From contig NW_027361832.1 of the NCBI RefSeq assembly GCF_039654945.1, positions 20,646,001-20,710,000 of the forward strand: a stretch of 64,000 nucleotides of DNA, in the 5' to 3' direction. Below, in pieces: positions 39,201 to 51,200 of the stretch (within the stretch, counting starts at the first letter, position 1; the number at the start of each line of letters is the position of its first letter). The position numbers and the translations under genes were made by a program. The notes under the pieces were generated by a model. That model searched no databases, was not told where the DNA came from, and was given only the letters and a program-made list of their open reading frames with translations. This DNA is from Dendrobates tinctorius (lineage: Eukaryota).

Positions 39201-42200
39201 AGCGCCCTCTGCTGGCTGAACAATAACTGACAGAGAAAGGGCAGACAGCGGTGAGCAGCGACGGACCCCGGACAGGTGAATATCTCAGGTGCCGGGTCCT
39301 GAGCAGGAGAGGTGAGTATGGCATTTTTTTTTTGCAGCAGCATATGGGGGCATAGTCTATGGGGCAGCATATGGGGGCATAGTCTATGCAGCAGTATATG
39401 TGGGCATATTCTATGGGGCAGCATATGGGGGCATATTCAATGGGGCAGCATATAGGGGCATAATCTATGGAGCATCATATGCGGCATAATCTATGGAGCA
39501 TCTTATGGGGCAGCATATGGGGGCATAATCTATGGAGCATCATATGGGGTATAATCTATGGAGCATCTTATGGGGGCATAATCTATGGAGCATTTTATGA
39601 GGGAATAATCTATGCAGCATCTTATGGGGGCATAATATACAGAGCATCTTATGGGGCCATAACCTTTATGGAGCATTATATGGGGCATATTATTCTATGG
39701 AGCATCTTATGGGGGCATTATTAACCTTTATGCAGCATTATATGGGGTGTATTTTGTATTGAGCATTTCATGGGGCCCATCATGAACTGTATGGAGCATT
39801 ATATGGGGCTCCCGATTCAATATGGATATTCAAAAACATTTAACCTACTGATGTCTCAATTAATTTTACTTTTATTGGTATCTATTTTTATTTTTGAAAT
39901 TTACCAGAAGCTGCTGCCTCTTCCACCCTAGGCTTATACGTGAGTCAATAAGTTTTCCCAGTTTTTTGTCGGCTTATACACGAGTATATACAGTATTAAT
40001 CAACTATTTAAAAAAAAAAATACAGAGATTACAATTTGGGGATTAAGTACCGAGAACCACTATACTCAGGAACCCCAAAAAATAATCATACTAGTTACAA
40101 CAAATGCCTTATTCAGTAGGACGGACTGTACAAGCACTAAGCCCATCACTAAAGTGCAGTGCCATAAATGATTGGACAGATCATGATCCGTCCAGCCAGT
40201 TGCTCAATATAGGAGCTATAAACTACTGTATCTCTCTCTCTCTCTCTCTATATAATGTAAAAAACATATAGCCAGCTCACCATAAAGGAGTTCCTCTTAA
40301 TGCAATAGTCGGTGTTCACCTTATATTCTGCACGGATCCAGGCAGGGAGTATGCCCCAACAAATAGAAATATAAGAGAATTGGGATCCAGCAAAAAGATG
40401 AAAGTTCACCAGAATTATAAAATCATCTTCTTTATTTATCCATTAAATCATATAAAAAAAATATACGGTGAGGACCGTGAAGAAGGCACATAGTGCTGAA
40501 ACATGTAGTCCCTTGCTGGAATGTTACCAATTGATTGGAGTTCCTCATATATTTTTTATATGATTTAATGGATAAATAAAGAAGATTTTATAATTCTGGT
40601 GAACTTTCATCTTTTTGCTGGATCCCAATTCTCTTATATTTCTCTATATATATATATATATACAGTGGGGCAAAAAAGTATTTAGTCAGTCAGCAATAGT
40701 GCAAGTTCCACCACTTAAAAAGATGAGAGGCGTCTGTAATTTACATCATAGGTAGACCTCAACTATGGGAGACAAACTGAGAAAAAAAAATCCAGAAAAT
40801 CACATTGTCTGTTTTTTTTTTCATTTTATTTGCATATTATGGTGGAAAATAAGTATTTGGTCAGAAACAAAATTTCATCTCAATACTTTGTGATATATCC
40901 TTTGTTGGCAATGACAGAGGTCAAACGTTTTCTGTAAGTCTTCACAAGGTTGCCACACACTGTTGTTGGTATGTTGGCCCATTCCTCCATGCAGATCTCC
41001 TCTAGAGCAGTGATGTTTTTGGCTTTTCGCTTGGCAACACGGACTTTCATCTCCCTCCAAAGGTTTTCTATAGGGTTGAGATCTGGAGACTGGCTAGGCC
41101 ACTCCAGGACCTTGAAATGCTTCTTACGAAGCCACTCCTTCGTTGCCCTGGCGGTGTGCTTTGGATCATTGTCATGTTGAAAGACCCAGCCACGTTTCAT
41201 CATCAATGCCCTTGCTGATGGAAGGAGGTTTGCACTCAAAATCTCACGATACATGGCCCCATTCATTCTTTCATGTACCCGGATCAGTCGTCCTGGCCCC
41301 TTTGCAGAGAAACAGCCCCAAAGCATGATGTTTCCACCACCATGCTTTACAGTAGGTATGGTGTTTGATGGATGCAACTCAGTATTCTTTTTCCTCCAAA
41401 CACGACAAGTTGTGTTTCTACCAAACAGTTCCAGTTTGGTTTCATCAGACCATAGGACATTCTCCCAAAACTCCTCTGGATCATCCAAATGCTCTCTAGC
41501 AAACTTCAGACGGGCCCGGACATGTACAGGCTTAAGCAGTGGGACACGTCTGGCACTGCAGGATCTGAGTCCATGGTGGCGTAGTGTGTTACTTATGGTA
41601 GGCCTTGTTACATTGATCCCAGCTCTCTGCAGTTCATTCACTAGGTCCCCCCGCGTGGTTCTGGGATTTTTGCTCACCGTTCTTGTGATCATTCTGACCC
41701 CACGGGGTGGGATTTTGCGTGGAGCACCAGATCGAGGGAGATTATCAGTGGTCTTGTATGTCTTCCATTTTCTAATTATTGCTCCCACAGTTGATTTCTT
41801 CACTCCAAGCTGGTTGGCTATTGCAGATTCAGTCTTCCCAGCCTGGTGCAGGGCTACAATTTTGTTTCTGGTGTCCTTTGACAGCTCTTTGGTCTTCACC
41901 ATAGTGGAGTTTGGAGTCAGACTGTTTGAGGGTGTGCACAGGTGTCTTTTTATACTGATAACAAGTTTAAACAGGTGCCATTACTACAGGTAATGAGTGG
42001 AGGAAAGAGGAGACTCTTAAAGAAGAAGTTACAGGTCTGTGAGAGCCAGAAATCTTGATTGCTTGTTTCTGACCAAATACTTATTTTCCACCATAATATG
42101 CAAATAAAATGAAAAAAAAACAGACAATGTGATTTTCTGGATTTTTTTTTCTCAGTTTGTCTCCCATAGTTGAGGTCTACCTATGATGTAAATTACAGAC

Positions 42201-45200
42201 GCCTCTCATCTTTTTAAGTGGTGGAACTTGCACTATTGCTGACTGACTNNNNNNNNNNNNNNNNNNNNNNNNNNNNNNNNNNNNNNNNNNNNNNNNNNNN
42301 NNNNNNNNNNNNNNNNNNNNNNNNNNNNNNNNNNNNNNNNNNNNNNNNNNNNNNNNNNNNNNNNNNNNNNNNNNNNNNNNNNNNNNNNNNNNNNNNNNNN
42401 NNNNTGGTTAGCGCTGCAGCCTTGCAGCGCTTGGGTCCTGGGTTTGAATCCCACCAAGGACAACATCTGCAAGGAGTTTGTATGTTCTCCCCGTGTTTGC
42501 GTGGGTTTCCTCCGGGTACTCCGGTTTCCTACCACATTCTAAAGACATACTAATAGGGAATTTAGATTGTGAGCCCCATCGGGGACAGTGATGATAATGT
42601 GTGTGCAAGCTGTAAAGCTCTGCGGAATATGTTAGCGCTATATAAAAATAAAGATTATTATTATATAATATATTGCCTTAAATTGTCTGTCATCCACTTC
42701 CGTCTGGATGTCCCCAAATCCCACAATCCACTGCGCCGCACCGGAAGTACGCCGATCGCCATTTTGGAACACCCAAGTGATGCCGCTCGGATCCAGGATG
42801 CAGCTGCGATCCAGACCGCCGCTGGGATCACAGCTGCCGCTCGGATCCAGGCCACCGCTGCAATCCCAACCGCCGCTCAGATCCAAGCCACCGCTGCGAT
42901 CCCAACCGCCGCTCGGATCCAGGTCGCCGGGACCCCTGCCGCTGCTTGGATCCCAGCCACCACTCAGATCCCAGCTGCTGCTCGGATCCTGGCCACCATA
43001 GCGATCACGAGGCTGTGAAAGGGGTGTAAAGGGGATATAACTAGAGGGGTGTAATGAAGGGGGTATAATGAGAGGGTAGTAATGAGAGGGATGCCGCCGC
43101 CGGACCCACCGCTGCCTGCCCACCCACCTCCGTGCAGTCACAGCCGGCAGGAAAGACAGTGGCTTGAGGCCTTTGCTGGAGATTGGGTGCGGCCACCCTC
43201 TGGTGGCACCTCACACCATCTCCAGCACAGGCCGCAAAACACCATCTTTCCTGCCGGTTGTGACTGCACGGAAGTGGGTGGGCCGCCACCCCCAGCGCCA
43301 CAAAGCTGCCCCCATCGTGATGTTACTGCCTTCCCGATGCGATAGCATCGCGCACACATCTAGTGCAATAATAAGATAACACAAATGAGTGTTATAAAAA
43401 TACATAAGCCATGAAAATACAGTGAACACGGTATGTAGTATAGGTAGTACCAGAAGGCAGAGAAACATTTGTAAGCAAAAAATAATTTCTTGATCGGCCA
43501 CATGTTTAGCATGGAATGTAGAGTATGACCCAGTGGCCCACAAAGAAATAATAATGCCCAGAGTTCATAAGAAAGGAAAATTCAATCAATAAATTATTAA
43601 ACCTCTTCACGACATATGACGTATATATAAGCCAAGTATAGTGGTTCTTTGTACATAATCTCCACTTTTTAATGTCATTATGTTTTTTTTTCCTTTAAAT
43701 CAATTGGTTACTTAATAAATATTATTCAATTTGACATCTGTAATACTTAGCTTTTCTTGTAAGTTTTCATTGTGAAAAACAGGTGGCACTCACCGTTTCT
43801 GGAATTGGAACTTCCAACTGAGTCCCAGCGGGAGCCTGGATGGCCAGAAGTGTGTCGCCTGCAAATATGGAAGACAAAATTAGCCTCTACAGGGCATCTA
43901 CCCAAATAATAGCTATTAGGTGATATTCCTGGGGTCCGAAAGGTGGGGCCCCTAGGGGCTTACAGTTACTATCCATCCTCTTGACAGGGCAGAAATATTA
44001 TTTACGAGGCCATTTAAAATAAAGTTGTAGTTATGACTAAATACTAGGGCTCCAGAACTGTCAGGATTGTGACCCGGAGTCCCTTTATCCAACACTGGCT
44101 GCACAACATACCGACGGTTCAGGTTTCCTTTTAGCTGGGGGTTACATAAACTTTTGTTGTTAACCTCTTAGAAAGAAATTCTGCGCGCCCTCCCCCTTTT
44201 TGTTCCCTGTTGAAATTTTGCAAGAAAATAAAAAACAATGTGCAGTGACACCATATGGCCATAACCTTTGCTCAATGTAACCCATTCAGTACCTTTGCCA
44301 AATAAAGTAAAAGAAAACCCTAGATTTGTGCGGTGGTTTTTCTTCAAGGAGAATGCAAACTTGTTTAATGGCAGATTATGCTTTTCTGCCCAAAGCGATT
44401 CCTGTATGCATGACGGCCATATTACATAATACTTAAACACCCAAAACAAAGCCCCTCCAGCTCACAACCGCACACTATACAGACCGGGAGAAACACTGAT
44501 TACTGTACATGAACGCTGGCGTATTATTGTCTGTGCCCCTCCATATTGTTTTACATTATTTGGTTACTACTAAATGCAAACTTACCATTAAAGCTATTAC
44601 AAAGGTCATCGTGTGTTACAAATGAAAATGTATGGTTTTATTAAGGAGGATAAACAAAGTACGTATTAACCCTTCACCAATTGTCAGACCTTCTCTCCAT
44701 CATCTTTCCTGTTACAGTAGAGGGAATCTGTTAGAGAGCGTTTGTTATTTAATCTGAAAGCAGTATGACGTAGGAACAAAGACCCTGGTTCCAGTGATGT
44801 GTCACTTAATGGGCTGAGGGCTGTAGTTTAAATAAAACACCGATTGTATCAGGAGGAAATCATCACTACAGGCCTAGGTGTCTTGTGCAGGCCAGACCGG
44901 CAAATCTGTGTAACCCTGCCCCCACCACAGATTGGCAGCTTGCTGTCAGTGTACAGAGGAATCTGCTGATGAATGGTGTGGACAGGGTTATAGAAAAATC
45001 GACTTTCTGCCCCTACATCAGGCTGCTCTCCTATTACATAGCAAAAACCTGCTGATAAGATTCCCTTTATACTCCCAGAGATTATTCTGATGGCTTGTCA
45101 GCCATGACCTCGATCAATAGGCTTCTTTTATCCAAAGTTGCACCAGAAATGAACAAACTAGCCACACACACCCAGACAGCATCCATTTGGCATATGTTGG

Positions 45201-48200
45201 GCTGGTACACACCAATTAATGGCATGGAGGCCATACTGGTTCATCTTACAAAGAAACACATGATATTTTCCTAACAAGAGACTATAGGTAACATATGTGT
45301 GTGTATATGCACTTTGTGCGCACGTCAGATTTGCAGAAACGACAACCAATGACTGACAGCTCTAAGGTCATGTTCACACGTTGCTTTTTTGCTGCTTATT
45401 TCCTACAGCCAAAACTTGATCTCTTGGCAGCAAAAATTGTGCAGACAAAAGCAGGTTTTGATGGATTTTGTGCTGCTTTTATTTCTGCGTTTTTCAGGAT
45501 TCCAAAGTTCAGCTTTGCTTCAACCATACAAGCATGAACAATATAAGGCGTTAGGGCACCAGTGGAAAAACAGTAAAAGTATGCCAGCTCACCAGCCACC
45601 TGCGCAGATCCTCGGAACCCCGTGGGGATAGCAATACTGAAGAAGCAAATGGTTTCAGCTGCGTGTAAAATTCTTTCTTCTTTATTCAAAACATGTTAAA
45701 ATACACATATGTGCTCTCCAAAAAGTGCTAATACAGAGGCTACTCATTTCGACCTAGATCGGTCTTTAACCAAGCCATACTAGTACCTATACAGCTTGTC
45801 AATATGTAGAGAATTACAACCAATCACGGCAAAATTACATATCACATGACAAATTCAGCAGGTCCTATATACATATTGTTAAAAGCATTAACCACGATCC
45901 ATTATAACAAAACAAAAAAATATATAAAAAACATGGTGATCTAGCAATAATGTAACATTAGATCGTTTCTTTTATTTAATCCGCCAGGACATCTGGTGTT
46001 TAACCGATAAATCCAGTAAGCTTCTCGGGTAAGGAGATGACGCCTGGCATCTCCCCCCCCGAAATGGTATTGAGACCGTTCTATTCCCTGTACCCGAAAT
46101 TGTGCTGTATTGCGGGCATGTTGCGATATAAAGTGATAAGAAGCTGCTGAAACATTGAGATTTATAGTATTAGTGATATCATTGAGATGTTCCCTGATTC
46201 TTGGTTTCAGGGTCCTAGATGTGCAGCCAATATATGATAAATTACAGATCATGCAATCTATTTTGTATACTACGTTTGTAGAGTTACAATTAATATAGCT
46301 ATTTATTTTTAAATTTTGTGTATTATCAATGTTGGAAAAATTCTTAGCAATAAATGCAGGTTTGCATGTCTTACAATTATTGGATCCGCACTTATAGAAA
46401 CCTGTACAGTTCAGCCAATTTCCCTGCGATTTTTTATTATCAAGAAAAAACAAACTTGGTGACAATTTATTGCCTAGTGCTGGAGCTCTCCTGGACACTA
46501 CATTAATACCAGGAGTTAGGAGTTTAGCTAATTTGTCGTCTTCAAATAAGAGAGGCAAATATTTATCCACAATATGTTTAATTTGTGAGAACTGGGGACT
46601 ATATTGGAAACAAATATATGGTTTATTTGTTAAAGTTTCTTTTGATCTATTATTAATTGATTTGATTAGATCAGCACGATTTTTTTGTTTTACAATCTTC
46701 TGTGCTCTGTTAAGTGCCCAACATGGATATTTGCAATTTTTCAATTTGTGTGAAACATGGTCAAATTCCCTCATAAGGTTCCCGTTCACATTGCAGTTAT
46801 GTTTAACCCTTGTATATTCTCCTACTGGGATAGATTTTATTGTGTGCCTACTAGTGGCGTTTTTCGGGGTCAAACCGCATCAAAAACGCTTAAAAGAAGC
46901 ATCCCATTCATTTTAATGCATTTTGGCCTTTTTGTGCCAATGGATGCGTTTTTTACCGCTAAGGAAACGCTTAGCGGTAAAAAACGCAGCATGTTCATTA
47001 ATTTCCGCTTAGGTCCGCGCTTTTGGCTATTTCCAATAGCCCAAAAGACGCGCGTAATAAAACACATCAAAAACGTGCGTTTTTTGCGCAAAAACCGTGC
47101 GTTTTCTGGGAAGGAGACCCGTTTCCTGAGCGTTTAAAAACGCTACTGTGGGCACATAGCCTAAATGGAGGGCTTGTTAATATTTATTTTTTAACACACT
47201 GCCTAAACTGACCTGTGGTGTGCGTGTAATCTGCACAATGCCAGTTTGTCATATGGGTGCGCTGATTGTCATGTGAGGCTTTTCCCCATAGAATTGCATA
47301 GATGTATAAGGCTCAATGCACACGTACTTTTTGCCCTGCGGATTTTTCCACTCAGAATTTAAGAAATCCGCAGGTCAAATGACCTGCATTTTTCCTGCGG
47401 ATTTCTTCCTTTTTTCTTGCGGTTTTCCCCTGCGGATTTGGAGAATGCAGCAGGTGGAAAACCGCACAAAAGAAGTGACACGCTGCATATTTTGAACCAC
47501 AAGAAAACCGCGCGGAAAAATCCGTTGCGTCTGCACAGCATTTTTTTTTCTATTGATTAACATGCTACTGTACATCACAATGCGGATATGCAGCGTTTCT
47601 GCACGGTAAAATCCGCTGTGGATCTGCTGGAAATCTGCATCGTGTGCACATGGCCTAATGTGTACAGGTAAAAAAACGCACGTGTTTTTAATGCGTTTCC
47701 TTCCGCAATAGATAATAATATGAACAAGTTTTTTTTATAGCCTGCAGAACTTGTAATGTAACGTTATCTTGGAGTTTTCCCCTCTAATAGAAATTGATCT
47801 AATACATTCCCCTGTATACAAAGTGGGGAGTTGGATGCGCAGACACGGTGCTTGTCCCCATCCCTCCCTCCTAGCTCCTGACTACACGTTCTCTTAGGAC
47901 TGCAGCCAGAAAGGATATGTTTGATTCCCGGAGTCGTCAATCACATTTTTGATACTCTGCTGCAGCCACACTTTCTGCTGGTCCAGCTCCTTCTCCTTCA
48001 GCTCCAGATCTCCAATTTCTGTTTTAAGATTCCTCAGTCGATCCAGGATTTCTTTTGTGTTGCACCCGGCACCAACACCCCTTACAGAGAAAGGAAACAA
48101 CCTCAGATCACACTAGTATATGAAAACTAACATAATATGCAGAAAGCAACAAAACGGGGAGCATTATTGTTACTGCAACCACTGTAAAAATCTTAAAAAC

Positions 48201-51200
48201 ATAACATAATACACAAAAAAAAAAAGAAAGACATCTCATCTGTTACTCCCTTTCATTATTACCTTGCTGCCCTCTAATTCCGCAGGTCTCCCCCCCCCCC
48301 CCCCCCATCAGTCATTATCCACTCAAAAATGAAATGGACCCTCAGATAAACCCATACGTTTTGTCATGATTCGTTTTAGCAAGGTACAAAAAAATCCTGC
48401 AATCCAGAAAATTACCAAGAACAAAATTATCTCCCGTGCATTGCTTATTTTTTGGTTTAGTGTCACTTTGACGCTACGATCACCACTATCAGTAGAATCA
48501 TAGAATGTTAGAGTTGGAAGTGACCTCCTGGGCCATCTGGTCCAACCCCCTGCTCAAAGCAGGATTCGCTAAATCATCCCAGTCAATGTCAGTCCAGCCT
48601 CTGTTTGAAGACTTCCATTGAAGGAGAACTCACCACTTCTCGTGGCAGCCTGTTCCACTCATTGATCACTCTCACTGTCAAAAAGTTTTTCTAATATCTA
48701 AACTGGATCTTCCCCCTTTCAGTTTCATTATAATTGCTTCTCATGTGTGCATGTGCAAATGAGAATAATGATGATCCCTCTACACTGTGACATCACATCA
48801 GATATTTGGAAACAGCCATCAAGTCTCCTCTTCACCTTCTTTTTTGCAGGCTAAACATTCCCAAATCCTGTAACCATTCCTCATAAGACAGGGTTTGCAG
48901 ACCAGTCACCATTCTGGTCGCTCTTCTCTGAACTTGCTCCAGTTTGTTGATGTCTTTTTTAAAATGTGGTGCCCAAAACAGGACACAGTATTCCAGATGA
49001 GGTCTGACCAAGGAGGAGGATAATGACTTCACGTGATCTATACTCAGTGCTTCTCTTAATACATCCCAGAACTGTATTTGCCTTTTTTCGCTGCTGCATC
49101 ACACTGTTGACTCGTGTGCAGGCTGTGATCTATTAGTATTTTTCACATGTGCTGTTGCTTAGTTCTAATTCCTCCCATTTTGTAGATGTAATTTTCGTTT
49201 TTATTGCCCAGATGTAGAATCTTGCATTTCCCCTGTTAAATACCATTATATTAGTCACTGCACATTGTGCAAGCTTATCTAGATCCTTCTGAATCCCTTG
49301 TCTTCTCTAGTGTTAAGCCCCCATTACACACTGCGATATTGCTAGCAATATCGCTGTAAAGTCACCGATTTTGTGACGTTACAGCGATATTGCTAGCGAT
49401 ATCGCTGCATGTGATACTTACCTCCGACCGGCTCCCCCGCTGGTTATCGCTGATCGCGCGAGAAGCTGCTGGATCATTCCTCGTCGTCGGCTTCCTGCTG
49501 TGACGATGAGCGACGCGTGGAGCCGGGCGGAAGGACGCAGGATCGCCGCGTCTGACAGGTAAGTAGCGACCCCCGTCCCCTGCGATGTCGCTGGTGAGAT
49601 CTGTCTGTGTGGCAGCTCACTAGCAACCACCTAGCGATGTACCAGCGATCCTGACCGCATCATATCGCTGGTCGGGATCCCTGGTCCATCGCTAGGTGTA
49701 ACGGTACCCTTAGCTATCCCTCCTAGCTTTGCATTGTTTGCTAATTTGATTAGTTTACCTTGAGTTCCCTTATTTAGATTATGTAGATATTTCACATCAG
49801 TATTTGTAAGCCGAAACCAGGAGTGGGTGAGAAATGCAGAAGTGGCGAAGTGTTTCTATTATACTTTTCGTCACCTGGTTTTGGCTTAGAAATACTGATG
49901 TAAAATACTGACCAAATACTGAACGTGTGAACGTGGCCTAAAACTGAGAAACGCTCAGGTCCTTTATTAAACTCCTTTTTATGGCAATCAGCTGTGAGCT
50001 GCCAGATGAGCGATTTCCCCATCAGATATTACTTACTTCCACTGGATGCTGTTCTTTGACTTCTTCTCTATCAAACCAATTCCTTCCAAGACATTTGTTA
50101 TATCGTATATTCTGCGCTTTTGTCTCACAGCCAGAGTATCAGCAGCCTGAAAGACAGAAGTAGTCACTGCATTTCAATTAAAACTGCTTTTCTGCAATTC
50201 TCACTAAGGGCTCCTACAGACGGCCGTAGAGTCGCTCATCCGAGAGAATCGGGATGATTTGCAAATGACACTCTGATCAAACACTGATCACCGTGTGGAC
50301 ACAGAGTGCTCCGATTCTCTCACATGAACAAAATTTCTCCATCTTGTTCATTTTGTCAGTGTGTGCAAAATTGGACTGCATTCGGATGTCATCTGAGTGC
50401 AGTCTAATGATTTCCACGCACTCACTAACTTGCAATGTAGACAGGGAATATTGATTGATACTATATCATTCTTAGGCATTGAAAATTGAGAGCCCCCCAC
50501 ACACATTGGTCTAGTGTCGTCTGCACCCACCAATATCGATGGGTTTAGCCAACACGTTAATGTGTATGGGGGTGCTGGCCAACTAATGGTAGGGGAAGAT
50601 GTCACTAAGGCATGCCTGATTTTGGTCTGCATTGTTCTCCTAGGGATAAGTTGCCAGCAGCACACCCGTGTGTAAGACGAGGTGGTTGTAAGATTAACAA
50701 TAGGCCGACATTAGAAAAGTAAATAATAAAATGATTCAGATTTATCACAGTGGTTCATGCAGTTTATTAGATTTGGCACGGTCCAGCTCAGGTTTCACCA
50801 AGGGCCATATCCGCAGCATGGCTATCTTCAAATGGCCGCTTGTAGTGTAAAGGCTCATGCAAACGTCCAGGCAAGCCAGTACGAGCATGGACTGGCCGGT
50901 GGCTATAAAAGAGCTGTCCCTGGGCACGAGGGCTAATAAAGAGCTGTGCCAGACCTCAGAGTGTAAGACGGATACTCCCTATGCCAAGTACTGGCTGCGT
51001 CTGCTCCGAGTCAAACACGGAATCCTCAAAAATGTGAAATCAGACTGATCCCTCTGGACCTGACCGATCTATACGGGGGGCCGGTCATGGTTTGGATGAA
51101 AACATTCTGTCAAATCTTATTGGTAGCAAGAGGCCACTCAAAGGCATTGTACTGGTGAAACGTCCACTCCAGTCTGGGAGGAGCGCGCACGGCCACACAC

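Larger units (their letters stand above)
44630..47918 (-). other. E2F5: U12-type (minor spliceosome) AT-AC intron of E2F5
   Basis: Donor ATATCCTTT at 47918, branch TCCTTAAT 44647-44640, acceptor CCATAC| at 44630; joining keeps the frame. Confidence 0.93.

Noticed and set aside
41903-41990. E2F5-transposase fusion by splicing from exon 5
   Set aside because: The nearest acceptor (AAACAG) is 19 nt before the ATG, out of frame with the phase-0 donor; another (CTGTAG) is followed directly by TAA
41253-41993. 246-aa + strand ORF
   Set aside because: Antisense shadow of the Tc1 transposase
42405-42460. tRNA gene
   Set aside because: tRNA-derived head of a SINE, truncated by the gap
42569-43141. 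Ala-rich and Gly/Asp-rich repetitive ORFs
   Set aside because: Explained by an 18-bp tandem repeat; no splice or domain support
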